This document shows, in pieces, positions 48,477-58,024 of a DNA stretch of 64,000 nt (positions are counted from its first letter, which is position 1; the number at the start of each line of letters is the position of its first letter). The DNA is from Klebsiella pneumoniae (GTDB taxonomy: Bacteria > Pseudomonadota > Gammaproteobacteria > Ga0077536). The notes beneath the pieces were generated by a model. That model saw nothing but the letters and a program-made list of their open reading frames with translations, made no database searches and had not been told where the DNA came from. The position numbers and the translations under genes were made by a program. Location: NCBI GenBank assembly GCA_945876945.1, contig CAMCQE010000004.1:3096-67095 (forward strand), given 5' to 3'.

Positions 48477-49094
48477 CTACTCCGGCGGCAAGCGATACAG
48501 CGGCAAGGAGATATCCCACGCGATCGCCGCAAGGCGAATCAACGCGATGATCGCCATGCCGCTCAGGGCTGCCGCCTCACGCGTCACGCCCAAGCCTTGC
48601 AAGCCCAGATAGAGCACCACACCGATCACGGCAGCGGTGGCATACACCTCGCCCTCACGAATGATCATCGGAATATCGTTCACCAGCACGTCGCGCAGCA
48701 TGCCGCCCGCGACGCCGGTCATGGTCCCCATCACCACCACGATAATGGCGTGTAACTGTTGGGCCTCGGCGATCTGCGCGCCAGACACGGCAAACAACGC
48801 GAGCCCGAGCGCGTCAGCCACCAGCAGCGTGCGCTGGGGCGCAGCGCGGTATTGGGTATAGAGCACCGTCAACGCGGCCGCGAACACACTCACCACCAGA
48901 TAAGCCGGATCGGCCATCCAGAACACCGGATGCCGACTCAGCAGCAGATCGCGCAGCGTGCCGCCCCCCACCGCAGTCACCACTGCTAACACCAGCACGC
49001 CCATCAAGTCGAGATGTTTGCGCCCGGCCGCTAGCGCGCCGCTGACGGCAAATACCGCCACCCCCAGCAAATCGAGCAGGCGAAAGAGGTTCAT
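48477..49094 (-). CDS. TRIC/UPF0126 (YadS-like) cation-channel family membrane protein
   Basis: It has two internal repeats, each with a GGGTLRD / GGMLRD motif, and seven hydrophobic segments. Confidence 0.8.
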   Translation of the reverse strand: MNLFRLLDLLGVAVFAVSGALAAGRKHLDLMGVLVLAVVTAVGGGTLRDLLLSRHPVFWMADPAYLVVSVFAAALTVLYTQYRAAPQRTLLVADALGLALFAVSGAQIAEAQQLHAIIVVVMGTMTGVAGGMLRDVLVNDIPMIIREGEVYATAAVIGVVLYLGLQGLGVTREAAALSGMAIIALIRLAAIAWDISLPLYRLPPE

Positions 49095-50260
49095 CCGCGA
49101 CCGAAGCGCGTGATGGCGGGACTGTTGCGCAACCAGAGGCCCAGCAGCCCGACCATCACCCCGGCGCCTCCGAGCGCCAGCGGATAGCCGTAGGCATCGA
49201 CCAAGTGCCCCAGCAAGATCACCCCAATGCTTTGCCCGGCGAACAACGCGAACGCAAAAATGGCAAAGGAAGTGCCGCGCGCGCCCGGCAACAGCTCGGT
49301 GGCGAGGGTCTGCAACGTGCTATGCATCATGTAGAACCCAAGCCCCATCAAGGCGATGAGCGGCGGCGCGCCCCACCACACCGGCAACCAGGTGAGCGTG
49401 ATCAAGCTCCACGCCACAACCGCGCCGCCAAACATCACCATGCCCTGTCGGCCCAGCAGTTTCAGCATGCGTCCGGCGGTGAAGCTGTAGCAGAGCCCAC
49501 CCACCCCGTAGGCGATGAGAATCAGGCCAATCAGGGTAAAGCTCAGATGGTGTTGGGCATGAAGCAAAGCGCCGATGTAGGCCAGGCTGCCAAAAATACA
49601 CAGGCCTTCAATAAACGCCGCCGTCATCAGATCGGCGGCCATCGGGTCGCGGGTGAGGGTCCAGTAGCGACGCAGCGTTTGCATGAGCGAAATCGCCGGC
49701 CCCAGCGGCAGAGATACCTCTTGCTGCGCCAGCCGCCAGAGCATGAGCGCGATCCCGCTCACCGCGATCCCGAACACCACAAAAATCGCGCGCCAGCCAA
49801 TGAGGTCGGAGAGGATCCCGCCGAGGCCCGCGCCAAACATCTGGCCGAAAATGACGCCGCTCATGTAGCGGGCAATCGTGGCCTGACGACTTTCCAGCGG
49901 CACATGATCACCAATGTAGGCCAGCGAAAGCGGGACGGTGGCGGCGGTGGTCACGCCGGTGAGAAAACGCCACAGCGCCAACATGGGCAAAGAGGTGGCG
50001 AAGGCGCAGGCGGTTACGCAAAAGGCAGCCGCCATCAGGGTGAGCGCGATGATCCGCAGCTTGCCGTAGCGATCGCCCAGCGGCCCGTACAGCAGCAGAA
50101 AAAGGCCATAGCCGATCGCAAAGCTCGTCACCACCACGCCCGCCTGACCCGCGGTAACGTGGAACTCCTGCGCGAGCACCGGCACTAGCGGGTCGCTCAC
50201 GCGCATGATGGCAATCACCACAAAGCCGGCAAGACTCAAGGCAGGAATAAGAACGGTCAT
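49091..50260 (-). CDS. MFS transporter
   Basis: It has about 12 hydrophobic segments and a GPLGDRYGK loop motif. It overlaps the downstream gene by 4 nt. Confidence 0.8.
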   Translation of the reverse strand: MTVLIPALSLAGFVVIAIMRVSDPLVPVLAQEFHVTAGQAGVVVTSFAIGYGLFLLLYGPLGDRYGKLRIIALTLMAAAFCVTACAFATSLPMLALWRFLTGVTTAATVPLSLAYIGDHVPLESRQATIARYMSGVIFGQMFGAGLGGILSDLIGWRAIFVVFGIAVSGIALMLWRLAQQEVSLPLGPAISLMQTLRRYWTLTRDPMAADLMTAAFIEGLCIFGSLAYIGALLHAQHHLSFTLIGLILIAYGVGGLCYSFTAGRMLKLLGRQGMVMFGGAVVAWSLITLTWLPVWWGAPPLIALMGLGFYMMHSTLQTLATELLPGARGTSFAIFAFALFAGQSIGVILLGHLVDAYGYPLALGGAGVMVGLLGLWLRNSPAITRFGRG

Positions 50261-50392
50261 CGGCGGCTCAATTCAGATAGGCCGCCGGATGATAAACAGT
50301 GGTGCCACCCGCCGCGAGCGATTTGCTTGCGGTCTCCGCATGCGCCTGCGTACCCTGCCCCACCTTTCACGCCCCCCCCATTGGAGTTGCCC

Positions 50393-51175
50393 ATGAGCGC
50401 ACGACTGCTTGGTAAAACCGCCCTGATTACCGGCGCCTCCCGCGGCATCGGCCTCGCTATTGCCGAGGCCTTCGCGCGTGAAGGCGCCAACCTCGCGCTC
50501 AACGCGCGCGACCCCGTCAAACTGCAAGAAACCGCCGACGCGCTGGCTGCCGCCCACGGTGTGCGCGTGACGGCCCATGCTGCCGACGTGACCGACCGCG
50601 ACGCCATGCAGCGCATGGTCCAGAACGTGGAAGCCGAAGGAAACATCGACGTGCTGGTGAACAACGCCGGCATCCACAAGGCGCGCCCGTTTCTGGAATA
50701 CACGTTTGAAGATTTCCGCGACGTGCTGGAAACCAACGTCTACGGCGTCCTTCACGTCACGCAGTTCGTGCTGCCGGCGATGATTGCGCGCAAGCACGGG
50801 CGCGTCATCAATCTCGCCTCCACGGCCGGCAAAGGCGGCACGCGCAATCAAAGCGCCTACAACGCCTCCAAGCACGCGGTGGTCGGTTTAACCCGCTGCC
50901 TCGCGCTGGAGATGTCTGCCCACAACGTGCTGGTGAACGCCATCTGCCCGTGGGTGGTGGATACCGACATGGCCACCGGCTTCATCAGTGAGCACGCCAA
51001 AAATCTGGGGATTGATGTGGAACAGGCCACCAGGAACTTCCTGTCGATGGTGCCGATCAAGCGCTTCATTCGCCCGGAAGAAGTGGCGAATCTCGCGGTG
51101 TTCCTGGCCTCGGATGAATCGAGCTATGTGAACGGCCAAAGCTGGGCCGTGGATGGCGGGTATTCGATGATCTGA
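50393..51175 (+). CDS. SDR-family oxidoreductase
   Basis: TGASRGIG, NNAG and YNASK catalytic motifs are present. I chose the internal ATG at 50393. Confidence 0.85.
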   Translation: MSARLLGKTALITGASRGIGLAIAEAFAREGANLALNARDPVKLQETADALAAAHGVRVTAHAADVTDRDAMQRMVQNVEAEGNIDVLVNNAGIHKARPFLEYTFEDFRDVLETNVYGVLHVTQFVLPAMIARKHGRVINLASTAGKGGTRNQSAYNASKHAVVGLTRCLALEMSAHNVLVNAICPWVVDTDMATGFISEHAKNLGIDVEQATRNFLSMVPIKRFIRPEEVANLAVFLASDESSYVNGQSWAVDGGYSMI

Positions 51176-51188
51176 GGCAATCGCCGCG

Positions 51189-51896
51189 CTAGTAGTCGCG
51201 CCGCCGCGGTCGCCGGTAGCCGTCGGTGGCGCCGCGGAACGCGGGGGTGCGCCCCACCAGACTCTCAATCAGCGTGAGTTCGGCGTCGGTATGGTTTTTG
51301 AAGCTGGCCTTGCGGATGCGCTGCCCAACAGGGCCCTCGCGCAAGATGTAGCGCGACTCGTGATGGCCGGCTTCCACAGTGGCCTGTGAGCTGGCATCGT
51401 CCAGCGCGGCCAGATCGGTGATGCCATAGCAAGTGCAGATGTAATCCCGGTCGGGCTCGACTTCGCAATAAACGCCGGTGCCCCGGATCCCGATCTGTGC
51501 GGTAACGGTCCGGATGCGGTGCGGCCGATGCGCGAACACCGACAGCAGTGCCCCGGTGAGCAGACGCAATCCCTGCGCCAGCGTGTTGTCGCCCGGTGGC
51601 GGATTGATTTGCAGGCGCGAGTTGGGGCGCAGGATGAAAGCGTCGCTTTCAATGCGAAACACGATTTCGCCGTCGGCGCCGGTTTCGATGAGATCACTGC
51701 CAAAAATTCGCATGGTGGGTGCTGCGGGCTTGCCGTTGACCAGTACCGTGCCTCTCAGCAGATAGATCGAGCGACCGGCGATCATCTCTGCCGCTTCCAC
51801 CACGCCGGCCGGTGCCCAGCCGCTGGCCATCGCCCCCAGCGCGGCAAGCAGCAGCTGGCGGCGAGCCGGATCGACTTCTTCATCGTGAGCGCGCAT
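51189..51896 (-). CDS. Periplasmic FecR-domain-like protein with Tat-like leader
   Basis: The leader is RRQLLLAALGAMA. A FecR-like segment GTVLVNGKPA..FGSDLIETGADGEIVFRIESDAFILRPNSRLQI follows, and the C-terminal part is Cys-containing. Confidence 0.45.
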   Translation of the reverse strand: MRAHDEEVDPARRQLLLAALGAMASGWAPAGVVEAAEMIAGRSIYLLRGTVLVNGKPAAPTMRIFGSDLIETGADGEIVFRIESDAFILRPNSRLQINPPPGDNTLAQGLRLLTGALLSVFAHRPHRIRTVTAQIGIRGTGVYCEVEPDRDYICTCYGITDLAALDDASSQATVEAGHHESRYILREGPVGQRIRKASFKNHTDAELTLIESLVGRTPAFRGATDGYRRPRRRDY

Positions 51897-51984
51897 CTAA
51901 CTCCCTCAACTACTCCGCCGCTTCAAATCGCGGCGCTCGAACCTTCATAATTGAAGCCCCAAGCATAGCCGGAGGCCCCCCGTT

Positions 51985-52839
51985 TTGCGCCTTGCTATTC
52001 CACTTTTCTTCGCCGTCGCGGCGCTGCCGCCCGCCACCCTGGCCGCCTATGAATCCGACCTCGGCCTTGCGGTCCATTACGACGACAACCTCTCCCGCGC
52101 CGAGCGCAGCGGCGACCGCATCCCCGACACTGCCTTTGAGCTCAGCGCTCACCTCAGCGCCCCGGCACTGGAAACGTCTCGCAGCACGCTGCGCTGGGAT
52201 GTGGGGCTCACCGCTCAAATCTGGACCCAACACGCGGCACTCAGCGAGTTCGCGCCGTCCGCAGGGCTCCGCTATCGCTATCGAATGGGGCCTGATTTCA
52301 GCGCGCCCTGGGTCGAAGCCGGCTTCTCGGCCCGCGCGCTACAGCACGCAGACAGCGTGATGCGGGATGGCGGCGAAGTGCTGGGCGGACTGACGCTCGG
52401 GCAACGCCTTACCGAGCAGCTGGACGCGCGGCTTGGCTATCGCTGGCGGGTACGGCGGGCGGAAAAAGAAGCGGTGTTCGATCTCGAAAACCACGAAGGC
52501 TTTGTGCAACTCGACTTCCAGCTGGACGAGCGCTGGCTGGTCTACGGTGGATTTACCGCCCGCAGCGGGGATTTGGTCACGGTCAGCAAGGTGCCCAATC
52601 GCAAGGCCTTAAGCAGCGCCAGCGCCATCAGCCGGGGTTTCGATTTTGCCTTCGGCGACACGCCACGGCGCGCTTATCGCATCGACGGACTCACGCTAAG
52701 CCCGGCGCTTGGGCTCAATTATTTGTTGGCAGAAGGCTGGTCGCTGGATCTGGTCGGCGATGGCCTGGTGGCGCTAGCAGACGGGGATAACACCTATCAC
52801 CAGTTCAGCCTGACGCTCAGCCTGCTCTGGCAGTTCTAG
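51985..52839 (+). CDS. Hypothetical outer-membrane beta-barrel protein
   Basis: It starts at TTG with the signal peptide MRLAIPLFFAVAALPPATLAA. It shows an alternating strand pattern and a terminal LLWQF. Confidence 0.5.
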   Translation: MRLAIPLFFAVAALPPATLAAYESDLGLAVHYDDNLSRAERSGDRIPDTAFELSAHLSAPALETSRSTLRWDVGLTAQIWTQHAALSEFAPSAGLRYRYRMGPDFSAPWVEAGFSARALQHADSVMRDGGEVLGGLTLGQRLTEQLDARLGYRWRVRRAEKEAVFDLENHEGFVQLDFQLDERWLVYGGFTARSGDLVTVSKVPNRKALSSASAISRGFDFAFGDTPRRAYRIDGLTLSPALGLNYLLAEGWSLDLVGDGLVALADGDNTYHQFSLTLSLLWQF

Positions 52840-52926
52840 ACTCACGCCACCCGCCGCCGCGTCAGCGGATCCGCCTTGATTGCCGGGCAACGATTAACAA
52901 GTCCAGCCTGAAGCTTCGCCGCTGTC

Positions 52927-52955
52927 GGAAAGCAAAACGGTGGGTTTTGCTTTCC
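52927..52955. terminator. 12-bp perfect hairpin between convergent genes
   Basis: The sequence is GGAAAGCAAAAC-ggtgg-GTTTTGCTTTCC. There is no clear U-tract. Confidence 0.4.
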
Positions 52956-53037
52956 TCCATTGTCGATGCCTGAGGCGCATCGACGTTAATGGCACGTCCC
53001 TGTGCCGCAGAAAGCGCTGCCTGTTGGCGGCGTTCCC

Positions 53038-56000
53038 CTAGTGCGCCAACAAGCGATCCAGCCACTGGTTGGAAAGCTTTTCCTGCACCGTGTTCTGACG
53101 CAGGCGCGCCCGCAGGTGGTCGAAGTCCACGAGATCGAGCGGCTGATCCTGATTGAAGCAGGAATACACAAAGCTCTCTTCGCCGGTCTTCGGATCCACC
53201 TGTCGGCACATGCACTGCGCGCAAACGCCTTTCATCATGCACTGCATCGGCGAGTTGATAGACCCAATCGCCTGATGACCCTCTTTGAGGTAGGGCGCCA
53301 ACATGCCGCTGCGAGCTTTCTTCACGGCGTTCATCATGCCGTCGGAGCCAATGACCACCATTTCCTCGGCGTCCGACAGCGGGATCGTCACCTCACCCAG
53401 CGCGCCGCTGGCGTAGGCCACCATCGTCTCGAGGATATTGCCCACAAAGGTCTTGTCCTGCGGACGATTGGGGGTGATGGCTTCCACGCCCGGACCCGGG
53501 TCGCAGCACCACACCACCACGTCGGCGGCGGCTTCGATATCGCTGACCTTGAAGACGTCGATCGCCTTCTTGTAGCCCGCGAAATACACCACCTTGTTGC
53601 CGGCCGCACGCAGCGCCTTGCCGATGGAGAACAACACCGCGTTGCCCAGACCACCGCCGACCATCGCCACCGTGGTGTTCTGCGGGATGTGCGTCGGCGC
53701 ACCGGTCACGCCCATCACCACCAGCTGTTCGCCCGGCTTGAAGTGCATGAGGAGGCGCGAAGAGGTGCCCATTTCGAGCGCGATCAGCGACACCAGACCT
53801 TCTTCCGGGTTGACCCAGGCGCCGGTCAGGGCGAGGCCTTCGGTGGAGAGTTTGGTGTCACCCACCAGCTGGGCGCGCGAATCGAAGTTCTGCACGCGAT
53901 AGAACTGGCCGGGCTCAAAGCGACGCGCGGCATATGGCGCACGCGCGATGACTTCGACGATAGTCGGGGTGAGGCGATTCACCTCCACCACCCGCGCAAT
54001 CAGTGCGTCGTCGAGGATGCCGAAGAACTGCTGCATGGCCGCGTCGCGACCCGGCTGCTCAGCCGGCGCCAGACCTGCGCGCTCTTCCGCAAACAGATTG
54101 GCGATGTAGGGATAGCCATCCTTCGCGCTCGCCATGGCCTTCACCACGTTGCCGGCGTACACCGGGTGGTTATCGCCGTAGAAGCTCACGTAACGGCCGT
54201 GCTTCTGGTAGGAGGTGAACGGCGCGGGTTCGCCGAGTTTCGGCCCGCCATCGCCGGTACCGGGACGCAGCGTCGGCTGGGCGCCGGCGGTTTCCGGTTC
54301 GTAATGGGCGAAGAACTTGCCGTTGAGTTCAAAGGTGCCGGGGTTTTCGGACTGATAAATGGTGTTGGGCGAAGTGCCCGCCGCCACGAACAGGCCGCGC
54401 AAGGCAACTTCCACCCTGGACTTGCTGCCGTCGGCTTCGAGCTTCTCGAAAATCACCCCGCGCAGCGCGCTGAATTCATCCGTCAGGGTTTCCAGCGGAT
54501 TCATGTTCGGCGCGAGCTGAATGCCTTCGGTCAGCGCTTCGTTAATTTCTTCATGGTTCTGGCGATAGGCCGGCGAGTCGGCGATGGTCTTGCGATAGAA
54601 CATCGTCACGCCGCCCCAGCCGTTGATTAAGGGCGCGAAGTCAGGCGCCTCTCCGGCGGCAGCGGCGCGCGCCCGTTCGGCGCGCAGGGCCTTACCGTGG
54701 CTCAGGAACTCATCAAGAATCCCCAGTTCTTCCTTGTCGAAGCGCGCCCGCACTTTCTCTTCGCCCTGATCCTGCACCAGAATTTCGTAGCGCTTGAGGA
54801 TCTTGTCGACCTGACGCGGGTAATAGGCCATCAGTTCGGTGGTGGTATCAATGGCGGTCAGACCGCCGCCGATGACGCCACAGGGCAGGCGCACCTGCAG
54901 ATTGGCCATGGAGTCGTCCTTGGCCGCGCCGGTGAGCTGCAAGCCCATCAGGAAGTCCGACGCCTTGCGCACGCCGCGCACCAGATTGCCCTTCAGCCCA
55001 ATGACCGAAGGCTTGCCCGCACCGGTGGCCAGCGCCACATGGTCGAAGCCAAAGTCCCAGGCATCTTCCAGCGTCATGGTGCCGCCAAAGCGCACGCCGC
55101 CGAACACGCGGAACGACTGACGGCGCAGCAGCGTGAGGTAGATGACCTTCAGGAAGTTCTTGTCCCAGCGCACCGTGATGCCGTATTCGGCCACGCCGCC
55201 AAAACCGCTCACGACGCGGCTGTCGAGTTCCTCATACAAGGTTTTGAATTTGGCCACCGGATTTGGCGCCTGATCGACCGTGCCCGTGAGGCTTTCCGGC
55301 AGCGGCTCAAGCTTGAGCGCGTCAATGCCTACCACCGCAAAGCCTTCGTTCAGCAGGTAATGCGAAAGCGTGTATCCGGCCGGGCCCATGCCCACCACCA
55401 GCACCTTGCGGCCATTGAACGGCAGCATGTAGGGGCGCTTCACATTGAGTGGATTCCAGCGCGTGAGCAGACCATAGATTTCGAAACCGTAGGGCAGGTC
55501 CAGCACGTCGGTCAGGACGTTGGTTTCGATTTGCGGAATGTTGACCGGCTCGGTCTTCTGGTAGATGCAGCCCTTCATGCAGTCGTTGCAAATACGGTGA
55601 CCGGTGCCCGGGCACATCGGGTTGTCGACCACCACCAGCGCCAGCGCGCCGATGTTGTCGCCCTGCCGCTTCAGCACGTGCATCTCGGAAATCTTTTCGC
55701 CCAGCGGACAGCCGGCGGCGGTCACGCCCAGCGCGTTGACCTTGAAGCTGTTGTCTTTCTTGTTGCGCATGCCCTTCGAGCAGGAATCGGCGTCGCGGTC
55801 ATGGCAGTAAATGCAGTGATCCACTTCGTACAGCACGTGGCGCTGGCCATAGCGCTGGTCGGTGAGCTTGAAACCATCGCGACGGCGGCGATGATTCTCC
55901 GGGCCCATCCAGGTGCTGAAGCCGCTGCGCTGGTTTTCGATGAAATGCACCAGATGCTGCACATCGGTCTTGGCCGGTTCTTTGAAAATCACCCAGTGCG

Positions 56001-56652
56001 CGGCAGTCGGCCAGGTCACCGCGCCGGTGGAGATGAGGAAACCCCACTCGGCGAAGGACTGTTCGGCGGCGGCCAACTGCGCGGTGGTGTCGCCGCCTTC
56101 GGGCAAATTGGCGAGAAAGGTGGTGGAGGCCTCAAGCAGGCCGGCGCTCATCAGACCGGCACGGGCAATCGCGTATTCCTCGTCACCCGGACGGCGGCCG
56201 TCGCTGGTGGCAGCGGCGCCGAGTTTGCGCACCAGGGCCGTGAGGCTGTCGAAGCGCGAAGCGTCAACGATCTGGCCTTTGAAGCGCTTGGCCAGCGTCG
56301 CCACAAATTCGTTGCGGAACTTGAGCACCGTGTCGTCTTCGTCCCGAATGGCGGCACGCTGCCCGCCCCAGGCCTGTTCGATCCCGAAGAGTTTGGCCAC
56401 GAAACTGCCCACGTGCGGGGCGGTGTCGGTCAGTACGGCGGAGATGTCTTCCGGCGTCATGCCGGTGCCCTGATTGGCGCAGTACGTGGCATAGCGGGCG
56501 GAGAGTTCGGGATCGGCGGCCTGCAGTTGCGACTTGAAGTCACCGTAGAGTCGGGCCAGCGCCGCGGGGTCGTACAGATCGGCATAGCCATAGCCCGACA
56601 GGCCGAGGGTCAAGGGGGACGCAGCGTTTGCGTCAGCATGAGTGGCAGTCAT
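53038..56652 (-). CDS. Large fused iron-sulfur flavoprotein: novel N-terminal domain + GltD/NfnB-like domain + PyrK/NfnA-like ferredoxin-reductase domain
   Basis: The ATG at 56652 follows a GGAGAC Shine-Dalgarno sequence. Cys clusters are HCIYCHDRDADSC, GCPLGEKISEM and CPGTGHRICNDCMKGC. Rossmann motifs are KVLVVGMGPAGYT and VIGGGLTAIDT. An FNR-like RFEPGQFYRVQNF and MVGGGLGNAVLFSIGKAL follow. The C-terminal cluster is CMMKGVCAQCMC....SC. Confidence 0.75.
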   Translation of the reverse strand: MTATHADANAASPLTLGLSGYGYADLYDPAALARLYGDFKSQLQAADPELSARYATYCANQGTGMTPEDISAVLTDTAPHVGSFVAKLFGIEQAWGGQRAAIRDEDDTVLKFRNEFVATLAKRFKGQIVDASRFDSLTALVRKLGAAATSDGRRPGDEEYAIARAGLMSAGLLEASTTFLANLPEGGDTTAQLAAAEQSFAEWGFLISTGAVTWPTAAHWVIFKEPAKTDVQHLVHFIENQRSGFSTWMGPENHRRRRDGFKLTDQRYGQRHVLYEVDHCIYCHDRDADSCSKGMRNKKDNSFKVNALGVTAAGCPLGEKISEMHVLKRQGDNIGALALVVVDNPMCPGTGHRICNDCMKGCIYQKTEPVNIPQIETNVLTDVLDLPYGFEIYGLLTRWNPLNVKRPYMLPFNGRKVLVVGMGPAGYTLSHYLLNEGFAVVGIDALKLEPLPESLTGTVDQAPNPVAKFKTLYEELDSRVVSGFGGVAEYGITVRWDKNFLKVIYLTLLRRQSFRVFGGVRFGGTMTLEDAWDFGFDHVALATGAGKPSVIGLKGNLVRGVRKASDFLMGLQLTGAAKDDSMANLQVRLPCGVIGGGLTAIDTTTELMAYYPRQVDKILKRYEILVQDQGEEKVRARFDKEELGILDEFLSHGKALRAERARAAAAGEAPDFAPLINGWGGVTMFYRKTIADSPAYRQNHEEINEALTEGIQLAPNMNPLETLTDEFSALRGVIFEKLEADGSKSRVEVALRGLFVAAGTSPNTIYQSENPGTFELNGKFFAHYEPETAGAQPTLRPGTGDGGPKLGEPAPFTSYQKHGRYVSFYGDNHPVYAGNVVKAMASAKDGYPYIANLFAEERAGLAPAEQPGRDAAMQQFFGILDDALIARVVEVNRLTPTIVEVIARAPYAARRFEPGQFYRVQNFDSRAQLVGDTKLSTEGLALTGAWVNPEEGLVSLIALEMGTSSRLLMHFKPGEQLVVMGVTGAPTHIPQNTTVAMVGGGLGNAVLFSIGKALRAAGNKVVYFAGYKKAIDVFKVSDIEAAADVVVWCCDPGPGVEAITPNRPQDKTFVGNILETMVAYASGALGEVTIPLSDAEEMVVIGSDGMMNAVKKARSGMLAPYLKEGHQAIGSINSPMQCMMKGVCAQCMCRQVDPKTGEESFVYSCFNQDQPLDLVDFDHLRARLRQNTVQEKLSNQWLDRLLAH

Positions 56653-56851
56653 GAGTCTCCGGGCGCAGTCTTGCGCAGCTGAGGGTTGAACCATACGGTA
56701 ACGTATGGAATTGTAAGGACACGACCGCAAGCCCGCAACGCGCGCGGGCCACGGCCAGTGTCGGCAGCCGCCTGTCGTCAAACAATTGCGCGCGAAAGCC
56801 GCCGCCGGGACTGGTATCACGCGCCCGGCACAACAGAGAGAGAGTCATCCC

Positions 56852-57925
56852 ATGGATTTCGGCATCACGTTTCCGACCTATATCCGCTGCTGGCAAGACG
56901 CCCAAATGGCGGAGGACTACGGCTTCACGCACGCCTGGTTCTACGATTCCCAGATGTGCTACAGCGACGTCTATGCCAGCATGGCGCTGGTCGCGCACCA
57001 CACCAAAACCCTCAAAATCGGCACGCTGGTGTCGATCCTCGGCAACCGCATTGCGCCGGTCACCGCGCACTCCATTGCGACCATTAACGAACTTGCTCCC
57101 GGGCGAGTGATTCTGGGGGTGGGGACGGGCTTCACCGGTCGCAACGTCATGGGCATGCCGCCCATCTCGCTCAAGACCATGCGCGAACACATCGAGATCA
57201 TTCGCGACCTGCTATCCGGGCGCGAAGCCGTGTATCGCGAGGGCAGCCGCGAGCGCCACATCAAGTTCATCCACCCGGACCTCGGCTATATCAACGTCAA
57301 GGACCACATCCCGATCCACATGGCCTCCAACGGCCCGAAGGCCATTGAGATGACCGGCCAACTGGCGGAGGGCTGGGTTACGATTGGGCTTGATCCGGGC
57401 TACATCTCGCACAACATCCAGCAGATCAAGGCCGCCGCCAAGGCGGCCGGACGCGAGATGGGCGAGGTGTATTGCACCAATCTGACTTCGGCTTGCGTGC
57501 TGCGGCCGGGCGAATCCATTCTTTCAGACCGCGTCGCCAAACAGATCGGGCCAATGGCCATCCTGCTGCTGCACACCAACTGGGATCCGACCGACATCAA
57601 GGTCGGCCCGTTTGCACCGCCCTCAGTCGCGGGACAGGCCAAGGCCTACTTCGACAATCACATCATGAACATGAAAACCGCCATGGACCGGCGCTTCCAG
57701 GAAATGCACCTCGGACATCTGGTGTTTATGCGGGAAGGCGAACGGGCTTATCTCACACCGGAACTGATCAAAGCTGGCACGCTCACCGGTTCTGGCCCGG
57801 AAATCATCGACCGTATCCGCGAACTGGAAGCCGCCGGGGTGACCAACATCGCGTTGAATGTGTGCGGGACCGATGCTCGCGAATTGATTCGCGAATTTGG
57901 CCGGGAGGTCATCGATAAGTACTGA
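56852..57925 (+). CDS. Luciferase-like (LLM class) flavin/F420-dependent oxidoreductase
   Basis: MDFGITFPT......AEDYGFTHAWFYDSQM and GVGTGFTGRN fit the LLM family. I chose the internal ATG at 56852. Confidence 0.8.
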   Translation: MDFGITFPTYIRCWQDAQMAEDYGFTHAWFYDSQMCYSDVYASMALVAHHTKTLKIGTLVSILGNRIAPVTAHSIATINELAPGRVILGVGTGFTGRNVMGMPPISLKTMREHIEIIRDLLSGREAVYREGSRERHIKFIHPDLGYINVKDHIPIHMASNGPKAIEMTGQLAEGWVTIGLDPGYISHNIQQIKAAAKAAGREMGEVYCTNLTSACVLRPGESILSDRVAKQIGPMAILLLHTNWDPTDIKVGPFAPPSVAGQAKAYFDNHIMNMKTAMDRRFQEMHLGHLVFMREGERAYLTPELIKAGTLTGSGPEIIDRIRELEAAGVTNIALNVCGTDARELIREFGREVIDKY

Positions 57926-58024
57926 GGCCAGTGCGGCGCGCGCGCCCGACGCCCGGCCATCCTGACCCCGCAGCACGCCAATCACGGCCGCTGCAGGGAT
58001 TGGACTTCACCAGCCGGCCAGCCC

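Noticed and set aside
53002-56682. Two long plus-strand ORFs (53002-54630 and 54697-56682) opposite the giant flavoprotein gene.
   Set aside because: The minus-strand product has coherent Fe-S, Rossmann and FNR motifs along its whole length. The plus-strand translations are Arg/Gly/His-rich with no motifs.
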